Source: Haliotis cracherodii
Lineage: Eukaryota
Reading direction: 5' to 3'
Assembly (NCBI RefSeq): GCF_022045235.1
Contig: NW_027266319.1
Location: 12,028,001-12,092,000, forward strand
DNA: 64,000 nt
The notes beneath the pieces are model-generated. The model was not told where the DNA came from, searched no databases, and was given only the letters and a program-made list of their open reading frames with translations. The position numbers and the translations under genes were made by a program. This document shows positions 11,721-23,514 of this stretch, one piece after another. The stretch's first letter is position 1. Each line of letters opens with the position of its first letter.

Positions 11721-14531
11721 TCACCAGTTCACACTAAGCGGTTGAAGAAGGCTTACAGACAGGCCATGCAATTTTAAAACATGGCTTTTGTCATCAAATT
11801 GAGGAACGACAGGAACATTGTTGACCAGAACTTGTTTTGGCATCTTGGTGACACCAAATATTGTGATTCCATCCAGTTTCATTTCCGAAAGCATGTCATA
11901 GTTATCAACCAAAACCGTGCTCTCAAGAATCTTTCCTGCCACAGAGAATGTCACCAGACTGTATTTCTCCTTCTCCACAGAATCTAAAGACTTGCCATCG
12001 TCCCAGTACACTTCCCCTTTGGCAGAACCGTCACTTGCTAGTGCAACGATCAGCGAGAAGCTCTGAATCCGGAGAGCTGCAGTCGTTGTGGAAGCTGGTT
12101 TGGTGGGTAGTACTGACCCTCCTCGAACGTGCAGGTTGATCTTTGACAAGGGGGCATCAAGTAGAACACTCTCACCGACGGTAGACAGACGAGAACCGTT
12201 GTAGAAGTCGTACCATACGTCAGAAGGGAAGTAAGCTGACACAGACGTAGCCCCTTCTTCCAGGACGGGGGATATGAGGAGGGATGTGCCCCACAAGAAC
12301 TGTTTGTCGACTTCTGAAGCTTCTCCTGGGTACTGGAAAAATAACGGTCTGACAACTGGCGTTCCCTGAATGTGGTTCCTGAAGAACAGACTGTAAAGAT
12401 AGGGGAGAAGGAGGTACCTCGTCTGAAGAACTGACCTCATGTAACCCTGGGTCACCGAATCAAATGCTCCTGGATCTTGGTCCCCCTGTCCTAATGCATC
12501 GTGGTTCCTCATGAAGGGGTAAAATGCTCCAACCTGCATCCATCGGGTACAGAGTTCTGGTGTTGTATCTCCGCCGAATCCACAAATATCAGCTCCAACA
12601 AACGGAATCCCAAACATCTGGAAGTTGATAATACCAGGAATGGAATAATACAAGTCTGGCCACCCTGATGTGTTATCGCCAAGCCAGTGTCCTCCATATC
12701 GTCCAGAGCTTGGAAAGGTGGAGCGAGATATCACGATGCTTCTCTCGGACTTGAGCTGATTTAGGACACCCATTGATGCTCTCACTTCACTGAATCCATA
12801 CATGCTGTGGACATTGTAATGGGATGAGATATGATGTTGTGCCGAGGGACAGAGGGTTCTTGAAAATAGTGAAGATCCGTCTATAACCGGGGGGATAAAA
12901 GGAGGATTGTCCAGGGAGTTGTTTGTACATCCTGATATTGATCCGTCTGCAAAGTTTGAAGGTTCATTCATGTCTGTCCAAAGACCATCAAACGACACTA
13001 CATCGTGATACCTCTTCGCTTGTCTATACCACCAGTCTGAGGCATTTGGGTTAAAGAAGTCGGGGAACACGGTTTGTCCTGGCCATACCTTACCTTGCAA
13101 AATGCTACCATTGTATGCTTTAACGAAGATGTCGTCCTCCACGCCTTCATCATAGGGAGGGTAACTGCCAGGTGTCTGAACACTGCTAATACCGGGGTCC
13201 ACTATGATGACGTACTTTTGGTTATTCCGATGCAAATCATCCACTATGTCCGGCAATCCTGCATATGTTTTGTTGTCATACGTCCAATCTAGATGAGATG
13301 ACATGTAGTCTATATCGTTCCATTGCACATCATAGGGAATATTTGCAGCACGGTTCCTGTCAATGACCTTTTTCAGGTCAGTTGAAGACATGTAGCCCCA
13401 CTTGCACAAATGGAACCCGAAGGACCAAAATGGTGGGAAGAAGGGTTTCCCGATAAGATTGACGTACTGTCGGACAACTGCGTCTGGCGTCGGTCCGAGG
13501 AACACATAGAAGTCCAGTATGCCCCCTATACTCCTATAGGTGAGTGCAGATGATCCGTAGGAGGGCTGAAGGTCCACCTCCATGGCATTGCTGTTTAAGA
13601 GGAATACACCATGAGCATTATTCTTTCCATCCAGGTTCATGAAAAACGGATGAGAACCATAGAGATTCTCGTCCAGTGTTGGTGCTTGATCCCTAGCCCA
13701 AAAGACGATCTTTGTCCACTCTGTATCCAGTTTGAGGCTTGACCGATGCTCACCTAACCCATAGACATTGCTTGTAGCCAACTTTGTTCCGATCTGGATA
13801 AACTGATCAGAGAATATCAGCGGAGACACTCCCGAAGAGTCGAATATGATCTCCCCTGTCGAGTTCCTTCGGATTGTGATAGCAAACTGTTCCACCGATA
13901 AACTGACCTTATAGTCCGGGTTGCTAGCCATCTCTGTCCCTTTTTGGAGATCGATAGGAACCTCATATCTTTTACTGTTGGGGTCAAATATTCTGAAGCG
14001 GAGTCGTTCATTAGTCTCATACGTGACCTCCAGCTTGAGCTCCATTACATCGCCCGGGTAGGGGGACTGTGTTGACCTTTGAAGCACAGCTTCCATTCCG
14101 TGTGTGGTATTCTGAAATGATGTGACTCTGTAGGAGTTGTTGTAGACCCGGGGATAGAAGCATGTTGGTACCCCCTGACCTACATTGATGTCCCAGCAGC
14201 ACCCTCGAGCCTCACATGCCTGCTGGACCGCGCCATTTGTCTCCGGCCAACAGTCAAAGCGATCCGAGTCGAATGTGACGTCACACTGAGGGGCACTCAC
14301 AAGCACATTAGGAACAGTAGTGTTCTGACTCGACGATTTCGATCCACAGTGGAAATAGCTCAAGAGGTTGTGAAACTGTGTCGGGTTTATGATGGAAAGG
14401 GTTCCGAGAGCAAACAGGGAAAATGTCAGCGTGAGGAGGAGGACGTCAAAGGTGAGTCCCCGTGACGTCAATCTCAGTCTCCTCCGAGATTTGGGGAGAA
14501 AAACGAGCATCTTTTCCTCTTTCCCTCCCAT
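11721..14531 (-). CDS. GAA: Glycoside hydrolase family 31, lysosomal alpha-glucosidase-like; single coding exon, ~936 aa
   Basis: N-terminal TM anchor, trefoil/P-type domain (CEARGCCW..CFYP), NLYGSHPF, QWNDIDYM, nucleophile motif WTDMNE, acid/base HWLGDN, GADICGF, FYPFMRNH; first ATG at 14531 preceded by a CAG acceptor (track start 14588 is TTG). Confidence 0.93.
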   Translation of the reverse strand: MGGKEEKMLVFLPKSRRRLRLTSRGLTFDVLLLTLTFSLFALGTLSIINPTQFHNLLSYFHCGSKSSSQNTTVPNVLVSAPQCDVTFDSDRFDCWPETNGAVQQACEARGCCWDINVGQGVPTCFYPRVYNNSYRVTSFQNTTHGMEAVLQRSTQSPYPGDVMELKLEVTYETNERLRFRIFDPNSKRYEVPIDLQKGTEMASNPDYKVSLSVEQFAITIRRNSTGEIIFDSSGVSPLIFSDQFIQIGTKLATSNVYGLGEHRSSLKLDTEWTKIVFWARDQAPTLDENLYGSHPFFMNLDGKNNAHGVFLLNSNAMEVDLQPSYGSSALTYRSIGGILDFYVFLGPTPDAVVRQYVNLIGKPFFPPFWSFGFHLCKWGYMSSTDLKKVIDRNRAANIPYDVQWNDIDYMSSHLDWTYDNKTYAGLPDIVDDLHRNNQKYVIIVDPGISSVQTPGSYPPYDEGVEDDIFVKAYNGSILQGKVWPGQTVFPDFFNPNASDWWYRQAKRYHDVVSFDGLWTDMNEPSNFADGSISGCTNNSLDNPPFIPPVIDGSSLFSRTLCPSAQHHISSHYNVHSMYGFSEVRASMGVLNQLKSERSIVISRSTFPSSGRYGGHWLGDNTSGWPDLYYSIPGIINFQMFGIPFVGADICGFGGDTTPELCTRWMQVGAFYPFMRNHDALGQGDQDPGAFDSVTQGYMRSVLQTRYLLLPYLYSLFFRNHIQGTPVVRPLFFQYPGEASEVDKQFLWGTSLLISPVLEEGATSVSAYFPSDVWYDFYNGSRLSTVGESVLLDAPLSKINLHVRGGSVLPTKPASTTTAALRIQSFSLIVALASDGSAKGEVYWDDGKSLDSVEKEKYSLVTFSVAGKILESTVLVDNYDMLSEMKLDGITIFGVTKMPKQVLVNNVPVVPQFDDKSHVLKLHGLSVSLLQPLSVNW

Positions 14532-14889
14532 GTCAGTATATCTGTGTATACTGAAGTGTACAATGGCAATGTTATATTGCTGAGACAATGGCCTAGAAGA
14601 TTAAATATGTTATCAAATGATTACATATCGTCATGTGATCACTGATATGAAAGTCCTATCAGCCCACACAAACAGCCTTGAACGTCCATGCGTGTGCCCT
14701 TTACTTTTGCATGGAACATTCAGCAGAATTCCAACTGTATTATGGCAGCAGATTAGTAAACCAGTAGTGACAAGGAAAACCAGTGACGAGGAGCAACTGC
14801 AACTACATCAATATCAATGAAGTACAGGGACACACAGTCAGAAATATCCCAGAGCCTGGTCACCCGATCCCGATTTAAGTTGGCTCTTC

Positions 14890-15090
14890 GAGTGAGTGAG
14901 TGAGTGAGTGAGTGAGTGACCGAGTGAGTGACCGAGTGAGTGAGTGAGTATGGTTTTACGCCGCATGTAGCAATATTCTAGCAATATCACGACACAAGAA
15001 ACGGGCTTCACACATAGTACCCATGTGGGGATTCGAACCCATGCCTTCGGCGAGACGAGCAAACGCTTTACCCACTTGACTATCCCACAA
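14890..15090 (-). mobile_element. SINE family A, degenerate, with expanded (ACTC)n tail
   Basis: Similarity to family A. Confidence 0.75.
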
Positions 15091-16179
15091 CCCATGACCC
15101 ATGACAAGTATGGCATACCTGATACAGAAAGTACGTGATAAAACAAAAGGAATCATGGGATTCCTTGCCGCACGCTGAAGCTAGTTAAAACATGGTTATC
15201 ATTCGCTTCTGAAGGGTCATCAGTCAAATAGCTCTGACATATACAGATTCATTACTCTGTGCCAACATATAGGATGAGCTTCAACCAGAAGCCTACAGAT
15301 CTGGAAACAAATACAGCATGATATACGTGAAGCATGACACTGCTTAAAAGGTCACTCTGTACATCGAGAGCTGAGTAAGGTAAATCAAACACCAGCTCGT
15401 GTATTTAATGTTTGTTAAACGTAACGCCTTTATCCCAGTTTCCGTGACCCAAGCATGCCGTACCCTCAAAATCAACACAGACCAATCCACCTTTGGCGCT
15501 TAGTTCTATTTAAGAGTCAAACCCCATAACTAACCACCCAAAAAATATAAATACTTGAAAAAAACCCAGAACAATATGTAAATAGGTTAAAAATATCCAC
15601 ATAAAATTGACTTGAACATATTAACATGCAGACGATGTTACTTTATAAATAGACAAATTGGTGGAATTATTAATGTATCAGTGTACATTTTCAGAACGTT
15701 GGTGGGTTTTATAAATGTTTTGTTCACTGTAAATTTTGAACTTTACGCAAGACTGATATTAATGCGAAAAATGCGAATGGTGTTTGCTCGCATTAATTAA
15801 ACTTCACCTTTATGTCTCAAAATTGACTGCCGAAATCAGGGACTCCCCTTGTATCCAGGTGATAACGAACTCGGTCAATAAAGATGTGCAATTAAATGTG
15901 AAAGTATGTGTGAAATTTGTTAGCATGAATTCTTGCACTCTTGCGCGAAGAAGGTCCAAGAACACAGATTCACAACCGCCCAGAAAGCTAAATGACGTCT
16001 GATGGAACACACGGGTTTTTCATGGACATGTCCATGACGTTCGGTGTTGTAAGCTGAACAAATATGCACTCAACTTGTAGTGCAGCCAGTAGCTTACTTT
16101 ACCCGTTTTGAAGTCATGCCTTCGACAAGGAATTGGAGAGACATGTTTGTCACTCCTTACATAGTAGTGAGAAATGCTC

Positions 16180-16187
16180 TATAAAAG
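16180..16187 (+). promoter_or_regulatory. TATA box of the secreted repeat-protein gene
   Basis: TATAAAAG ~55 bp upstream of the ATG at 16239. Confidence 0.55.
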
Positions 16188-16238
16188 TATACTGCTTTCA
16201 CAGCGAGGGTTTTGTTGATCGCTGAAGAGGGGGCAACG

Positions 16239-19200
16239 ATGTGGCTGCATTGTGGATTAGTTGCGTTTTTGGGTAAGATGCTATTTTATTTCATTATTGT
16301 ATTCACAGTAACATATTTGATTATTGAAATAAGTGAGTAATATTGAATTAATTGTTATTGTAGTTTACAGTTTGTGCTTTTCTCATTTTATTCAAGTATT
16401 ATCGCTCGGGGAAGCTTGTTTGGGTGTATTGAGTTCTAAACGTAGCACTCATAATATGATTTTGTAACATGGTCTGGCGACATGGTCTTGTAACATCGTC
16501 TGGTAAATGATCTGCAATTGGGTCTGTAAAAAGCTCTCTTAATATTATTGCAACATGGCTTGATAAGTTGGAGTGGTTTGTTAACATGATCTGTAACAAG
16601 TTGTGGTAACAGTGTGGTTACATGATCTTGCGACATGGTCCGCAATTTGGTCAGGTAACAAGGTCTGGTGACAAGATCTGGTAACAAGGTCTGGTGACAG
16701 GATCTGGTAACAAGGTTTGGTGACAGGATCTGGTAACACGGTCTTAATAAGGTCTGATTACATGGTATTTATAAGGTCTGGCGACAGATTCTGGTAACAA
16801 AGTCTGTTAACATGGTCTTAACAATGTCTAGTATCAAGGTCTGGTGGCGAGATATGATAACAAGGTATGTGACATGGTCTTAACAAAGGTCTGGTAACAT
16901 GGTCTGGTGACACGGTTTGGTAACAAGGTCTGTGGCATGGTCTTAACAAGGTCTGGTAACATGGTCTGGTGACACGGTCTGGTAACAAGGTCTGTGATAT
17001 TGTCTTAACAAGGTCTGGTAACATGGTCTGGTGACACGTTTTGGTAACAATATCTGGTAAAATGGTCTTAACAAGGTCTTGTGACAAGGCCTGGTAACAA
17101 GGTCTGGTGACAGGATCTAGTAACAAGGTTTGGTGACAGGATCTGGTAGCAAGGTCTTAATAAGGTCTGGTAACATGGTATTAATAAGGTCTGGTAACAA
17201 GGTCTGTTAACATGGTCTAAACAATGTCGGGTAACATGATCTTGTGACAAGATAAGGTAACAAGGTCCGTTGACAAGATATGGTAACAAGGTCTTAACAA
17301 GGCCGGGTAACATGGTCTTAACAATGTCTAGTAACAACGTCTGGTGGCGAGATCTGGTTACAAGGTCTGATGACAAGATATGGTAGCAAGGTCTGATAAC
17401 AAGGTCTGTTAACATGGTTTTAACAAGGTCTGGTGATAAGGTCTGGTAACAAGAAACGGTAACAAGGTCTGGTGTCAAGGTCTGGTAACAAGATCTGGTT
17501 ACAAGGTCTGTTGACAAGATATGGTAACAAGGTCTGTGACATGGTCGTAACAAGGTCTAGTAACATGGTCTGGTGACAAGATATGGTAACAAGGTCTAGT
17601 AACATGGTCTTAACAAGGTCTGGTCACAATGTCTGGTGACAAACTATGTTAATAAGGTCTGGTGACAAAGTCTGATAACAAGGTCTAGTGACAAAATATC
17701 GTAACAAGGTCTGGTGACAGGATCTAGTTACAAGGTCTGGGGATAGGATATTGTAACAAGGTCTTATAACAAGGTCTGGTGACAAGATATGGTGACAAGG
17801 TCTGGTGGCAAGATATGGTGACAAGGTATTGTAGGAAGGTCTGGTGACAAGATATGGTAACAAGATCTGGTGAGAAGATATTGTAACAAGGTCTGGTAAC
17901 AAAGTCTGATAACAAGGTCTATGGACAAGATATCGTTACAAAGTCTGGTTACATGGTCTTAACAAGGTCTTGTAACAAGGTCTAGTGACAGGATATGGTA
18001 GCAAGGTCTGGTGGCAAGATCCGATAACAAGATATGGTAACAAAGTCTGGTCACAATGTCTGGTGACAAGATATGTTAACAAGGTCTGGTGATAGGATAA
18101 GGTAACACGGTCTTATAACAAGGTCTGGTAGCAAGGTCTGGTAACATGGTATCAATAAGGCCTAGTAAAATGGTTTCAGTAAGACCTGGTGACAAGTTCT
18201 GGTAACAAGGTCTTGTGATAGGATATGGTAACAAGGTCTGGTAGCAAGGTCTGGTGACAAGATCTGGTAACAAGGTCTGGTGACAAGATCTGGTAACAAG
18301 GTCTGGCGACAAGATATGGTAACAAGGTCTGGCGACAAAACATGGTAACAAGGTCTGGTAACATGGTCTTAATAAGGTCTGGTGACAAGGTATGGTGACA
18401 AAGTCTGGTAACAAGGTCTGGTGACAAGGTATGGTAACAAGGTCTAGTAATACGGACTTAACAAGGTCTGGTGACAAGATATGGTAACAAGGTCTGGTGA
18501 CAAGATATTGTAACAAGGTCTGGTGACAAGATATGGTAACAAGGTCTGGTAACAAGGTATAGTAACAAGGTATGGTGACTAGATATGGTAACAAGGTCTG
18601 GTAACCTGGTCTTAATAAGGTCTGATAACATGGTCTTAATAATACCTGGTGACAAGATCTTGTAACAAGGTCTCGTGAAAGGATCTGGAAACAAGGTCTT
18701 GTAACAAGGTCTGATAACATTTTCTGGAAACAAAATCTGTTAACATGGCCTTTACAAGGTCTGGTAGCAAGGTCTGGTAACATGGTCTTAGTAAGGTCTG
18801 ATAACATGGTCTTAATGATACCTGGTGACAAGATCTGGTAACAAGGTCTAGTGAAAGGATCTGGTAACAAGGTCTGATAACATGTTCTGGTAACAAAGTC
18901 TGTTAACATGGCCTTAACAAGGTCTGGTAGCAAGGTCTAGTATCATTGTCTTAATAAGGAATGTTAACATTGCCTTAACAAGATCTGCTGACAGGATATT
19001 GGAATAAGGTCTTCTGAAAAGGCCTGGTGACAAGACCTGGTAGCAAGGTCCGGTAACATGGTCTTAATAAGGTCTGGTAACATGGTCTTAGTAAAACCTG
19101 GTGACACGTTCTGGTAACAAGGTCTGTTAACATGGTTTTAACAAGGTCTGGTGACAGGATATGGTAACAAGGTCTGTTGGCAAGATCTGATAACAAGATA

Positions 19201-21943
19201 TGGTAACAAGGTCTGGTGACAAGTTCTGGTAACAAGGTCTCTGACAAGATCTGATGACAAGGTCTGATAACAAGGTCTTTGACAAGATATGGTTACAAGG
19301 TCTGGTGACAGGATCTGGTAGCAAGGTCTGGTGACAAGATCTGGTAACAAGGTCTGGTGACAAGATCTGGTGCCAAGATCTGGTAGCTAGGTCTGTTAAC
19401 ATGGTCTTGGCAAGGGATAGTAACATGGCCTTAATAAGATCTGGTAACAAGGTCTGGTAACATGGTCTTAACAAGGTCCTGTAACAAGGTCTGGTGACAG
19501 GACCTGGTAACAAGGTCTGGTGAAAAGATATGATAACAAGGTCCGGTAACATAATAAGGTCTGGTGAGAAGTTATGTTAAAAAGGTCTGTTAACATGTTC
19601 TTAACAAGGTCTGGTAACATGGTCTGGTAACATGTTCTTAACAAGGTCTGGTAACATGGTCTTAACAAGGTCTGGTAACAAGGTCTGGTAACATGGTCGT
19701 AACACGGTCTGGTAACATGGTCTGCTAACAAGGTAATGTAACAAAGCCTGGTAACATTATCTTAATAAAGTTTGGTAACAAGGTCTGTTAACATGGTCGT
19801 AACACCGTCTGGTAACATGCTGTGAAAACATGGCCTGACAAATAGTCTGCAGACATGATCTGGTAACAATACGATCTGGTAACATTGTCTGGAAACATGA
19901 TCTGGCAACAAGGTCTGATAACATGGTCTGGCGAAATGGCATCACAATGGGGTGAAGCTGCACGTTCTGGCAACATCGTCAGTACCTCTGTCACGGTCAT
20001 CTGACAGAATACACTGGCAATGTACTGTAAACGGATGCTGTGCAGAAACCTAAGTGCATGGGTTCGAATCCCAGATTATCCCCATATGACGGCGGTCTGT
20101 TAATAATCGAGTCTGGATCCGACAATCCAACGACTGACATCACGATCATTGATCCACGCGATTGGGATACGATGACATGCGTCAACCAAGTCAGCGAGCC
20201 TGACTACCCTATCCAGTTAGTCGCCTCTTACGACAAACAATGTCCCTTTTTTACGGCAAGCATGGGTTGCTGAAGACCTATTCTACCCCGGATCTTCACG
20301 GGTATGATCCCAATGAATTGTTCGAAGTAACGAATCATAGATGGAGAGTAATGCTCATCTGTATTTGTAAATTGACTTACCTAACATGAATCAGAGGTTC
20401 CCGATTCAGAAGATATCATAAACTATCCAACTATAATGGCATAACAACAACAAAAGACAATGAAAAACATTTTTATTTATCATCACTGAGTAAATGACAA
20501 AGTGTAAGTAAATTAGGAACATAAAGAACTGTGAAACAAACACACAAGTAAAACGTTCTAATGATCCATGATCGAATCATTTGACAAGTGACAATCCGGC
20601 AGATTTCATTAACTGTCAAAGCTGCCAGCACCGAGTGGATTGTGATTTCTAATCACGCAACCTCGAATGGCTTAACACGGGGAATTCCGAACGACCGTTA
20701 TGGGCTTTACGACTGAATCTGTCAAAATCATCATCTATCTCTTATAGGATAAATAGGATAAACATTTAAACGGAAGCGACCTCGTGGGAAGTACTGATAT
20801 ATCTATTTGACATCCCAGAATGTTCTTTTGTTCAGTTTTCAAATCTTGAATCGAGAAATTGTCAAAATAGTTTTCAAAGCGTTGTAGTCAGTTTGTAGCC
20901 AGCTCGAGAAATCTGACCTGTAATGGGATGTCCTCAGATCTCTGTTTTTGCGGTAGCGAGAACTGAGATCTGATTTTAATGAGATTGGAGTTTTACCTAT
21001 GTGGTAAACGTCTGAGACCTGCATCACTTCGGGCTTTCCTCCCACACTAAGCTGAGTAGCCGTGATAGAACTGGAATAATGTCCAAAGCGGCGTTTAACC
21101 CATCTCACTCAGTCACTCACTCATTATGGTTCGTAGGCCCACTCATAGTACCGTTATGCTTTAATAAGCCCATCACATTACTTCAATACCACATAGAGAC
21201 TAAGTAATTAATATTTATTGTACGGACCAGTGGCCGGGTCTTCATTACTGAAATTTAGTATCATTGTTTCAGCTGCAGTGCTGCAACCCTCTGGTGTAGA
21301 TGTGGTTTCAATAACTAAACGACAGGCTGGGACGCCATGGTGGCAGGGTTTTTACAACCTGAGATCCAGTCCTTCTGGGACGCGAAGCACTGAGGACATC
21401 GATGGAAAAGTTGACAAACTGAACAACGGTGACTATGTCAGTGGCAGCAGCAACAACAGCACTGATGTTGACAACGCGAACAGCAGAAGCAACAGTGATA
21501 TTGACAAGGTGAACAGCAGAAACGACAGTGACGTTGACAAGGTGAACAGCAAAAATGACCGTGACGTTGACAAGGTGAAGAGCAAAAATGACAGTGACGT
21601 TGACAAGGTGAAGGGCAAAAATGACAGTGACGTTGACAAGGTGAACAGCAAAAACAACAGTGACGTTGACAAGGTAAACAGCAAAAATGACAGTGATGTT
21701 GACAACGCGAACATCATAAACGATACTGATGTTGACAACGGGGACACCATCAAAAGCAGCAAAGAGATTATACGCCCTAACAGTGGCAGGCGTAAAGGAA
21801 AAAGTTACAGGGGCAGTCGTATCCTAAGGACGTCACGTGTCCTGAAGACAAACAACGCTAGACGCGCATCTGGCAACAGAAAGGTTCCGAAAGCAGGATC
21901 GGTGTCGAGGACCACAGCACGGACCGTACGGAGGAAAGGATAA
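16239..21943 (+). CDS. Secreted low-complexity repeat protein, two exons (16239-16272, 21273-21943), 234 aa
   Basis: Exon 1 MWLHCGLVAFL + G|GTAAGA; exon 2 TTTCAG|CT restores the frame (GCT), giving signal peptide MWLHCGLVAFLAAVLQPSGV; ~8 DVDKVNSKNDS repeats; R/K-rich tail. Confidence 0.72.
16460..19980. repeat. Degenerate minisatellite of 11-13-bp units (GGTAACAAGGTCT/GGTGACAAGATCT), ~3.5 kb, intronic
   Basis: Hundreds of variant tandem units. Confidence 0.95.
20085..20303 (-). mobile_element. SINE family B
   Basis: Matches consensus, head ends ...GGATCTTCACGGGT. Confidence 0.8.
20990..21124 (+). mobile_element. SINE family C, 3' part
   Basis: CTGCATCACTTCGGGCTTTCCTCCC core plus shared tail. 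Confidence 0.7.
21462..21741 (+). repeat. 33-bp coding tandem repeat (DVDKVNSKNDS)
   Basis: ~8.5 in-frame copies. Confidence 0.9.
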
Positions 21944-22954
21944 AAACGGGCAAAAACTGCGAACTAAACTGTCCTCCAATCCGGTTTGAACTTTGTACAA
22001 AATAGCTTACAGATAAATGGACACAGTCGTCCCATCTTTCTTTATCGTAAAATGTCAATCATTGGATTCTCTGGTCCAGACTCGATTATTGACTGCCGTC
22101 ATACAGCTGTATTTTGCTGAGTGCTGCGTTAAACAAAAAAACATCATATATTGTAAAGCATGACGGGCGTTTTCCGGGAATTTGTTTATTTTCATGTCAA
22201 TAAATTCAGTGTATAATGTTCCTTTCTGAGTATCCTTTAAAATGTGATTCAGCGGCAGCATATGTCCCAAGGACACTTGCTTGTCAGAAGAGCCGTTGTT
22301 ACGCACTGGGTAAGTAGATAAGACGTAAGTCAGACCACAGGAGGCACCGAAGAGCCTTCATTTCGCTCTCATATCTAATAAAGAGACTCATTTCGATATC
22401 AAACACCATTAGCTGAAGGTTTTATACGATCTTATAAACCTGTCATCCTATTGTTTTTAAAGGTTTCTTCGAATAGTTGAAAGCCTCCAAACACAGTTGC
22501 TAGTATCCATGCCAAGGGCAATCTGGAAGAATGCGCTCGAGTTTCTAACTTCACTGATGAGGTTTACATCACCAAGGATCTAAAAACATGTTTTGAATAA
22601 GTATCCAATTTTGATTATTAATGGGTTAATAGTCACGATTTGTACATGAAAAATCCATGACGGGAATCGAACCTGCAACATCACATATCATGTTTAGTAT
22701 CGTAACCCACTGCTTTCCCACTGAGACAATGGGGCAGGTGATGAGAAGGTAATGTTAAAATGTTATGACTTCGTTTGTCTGGTCTTTTTCTCACCAACTG
22801 TCTTTGAATTTGTTTCATACCGCGACTACTGTATCCCAATGCTGTGTTTATTCTTTATGGCATTTCATGCATTTAAACGGTTCATAGATTAGTTTAAATA
22901 TAAATTGTCTATGCAAGCGAATAACTCGGCATGATAATCTGCATTTGGCGTAAA

Positions 22955-23133
22955 GGGGAGGGGTTGGCTAAGGCGCCGCGATTCGCTGTGCACCATACCC
23001 GTGCTCGTGGGTTTCACCGAAGTGGTAAACGTCTGAGACCTGCATCACTTCGGGCTTTCCTCCCTCATTAAGCTGACACGCCATGATATAACTGGAATAC
23101 TGTTAAAAGCGGCGTTAAATCCAACTCACTCAC
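22955..23133 (+). mobile_element. SINE family C
   Basis: Family C core and GCGGCGTTAAA..ACTCAC tail. Confidence 0.75.
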
Positions 23134-23514
23134 GTAAAGGGCAAAATAGCCATGAAAACTATATGCTACTTATAAATAAATAAAAACGTTTAAGAAATAG
23201 ATTTAATTGGTTGGAAATGTAAACACCCAAGTAAGGAAAATCCCTTTTCCCTTGCTCGCGGTTTTACCTTTTCAACCAAAACCTCACGTGTTTAAGTTAA
23301 CCCTATGTACATCCACCCCGGAATCAGCCTGAAGGCGAGTTGGACGCAAAGACTACAGGTACATAAATCGTGTTAACACTATATTTATGAGGGAAGGTGG
23401 TGCCTTGGTGGGTCAGCAAAATGTTAACATTATAAATAGAAATACATCTTGAGGAAAAGCAAATGTAAGAAAAATGGGGTTACAGTTTCACCAACTTTAA
23501 CAATCCGATTTTAG

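Noticed and set aside
16399-20000. Numerous minus-strand ORFs rich in PCYQTLL/PDLVTR
   Set aside because: Overlapping translations of the minisatellite in all frames with frequent stops
21433-21762. Hydrophobic antisense ORF (LLFTLSTS repeats)
   Set aside because: Antisense shadow of the 33-bp coding repeat
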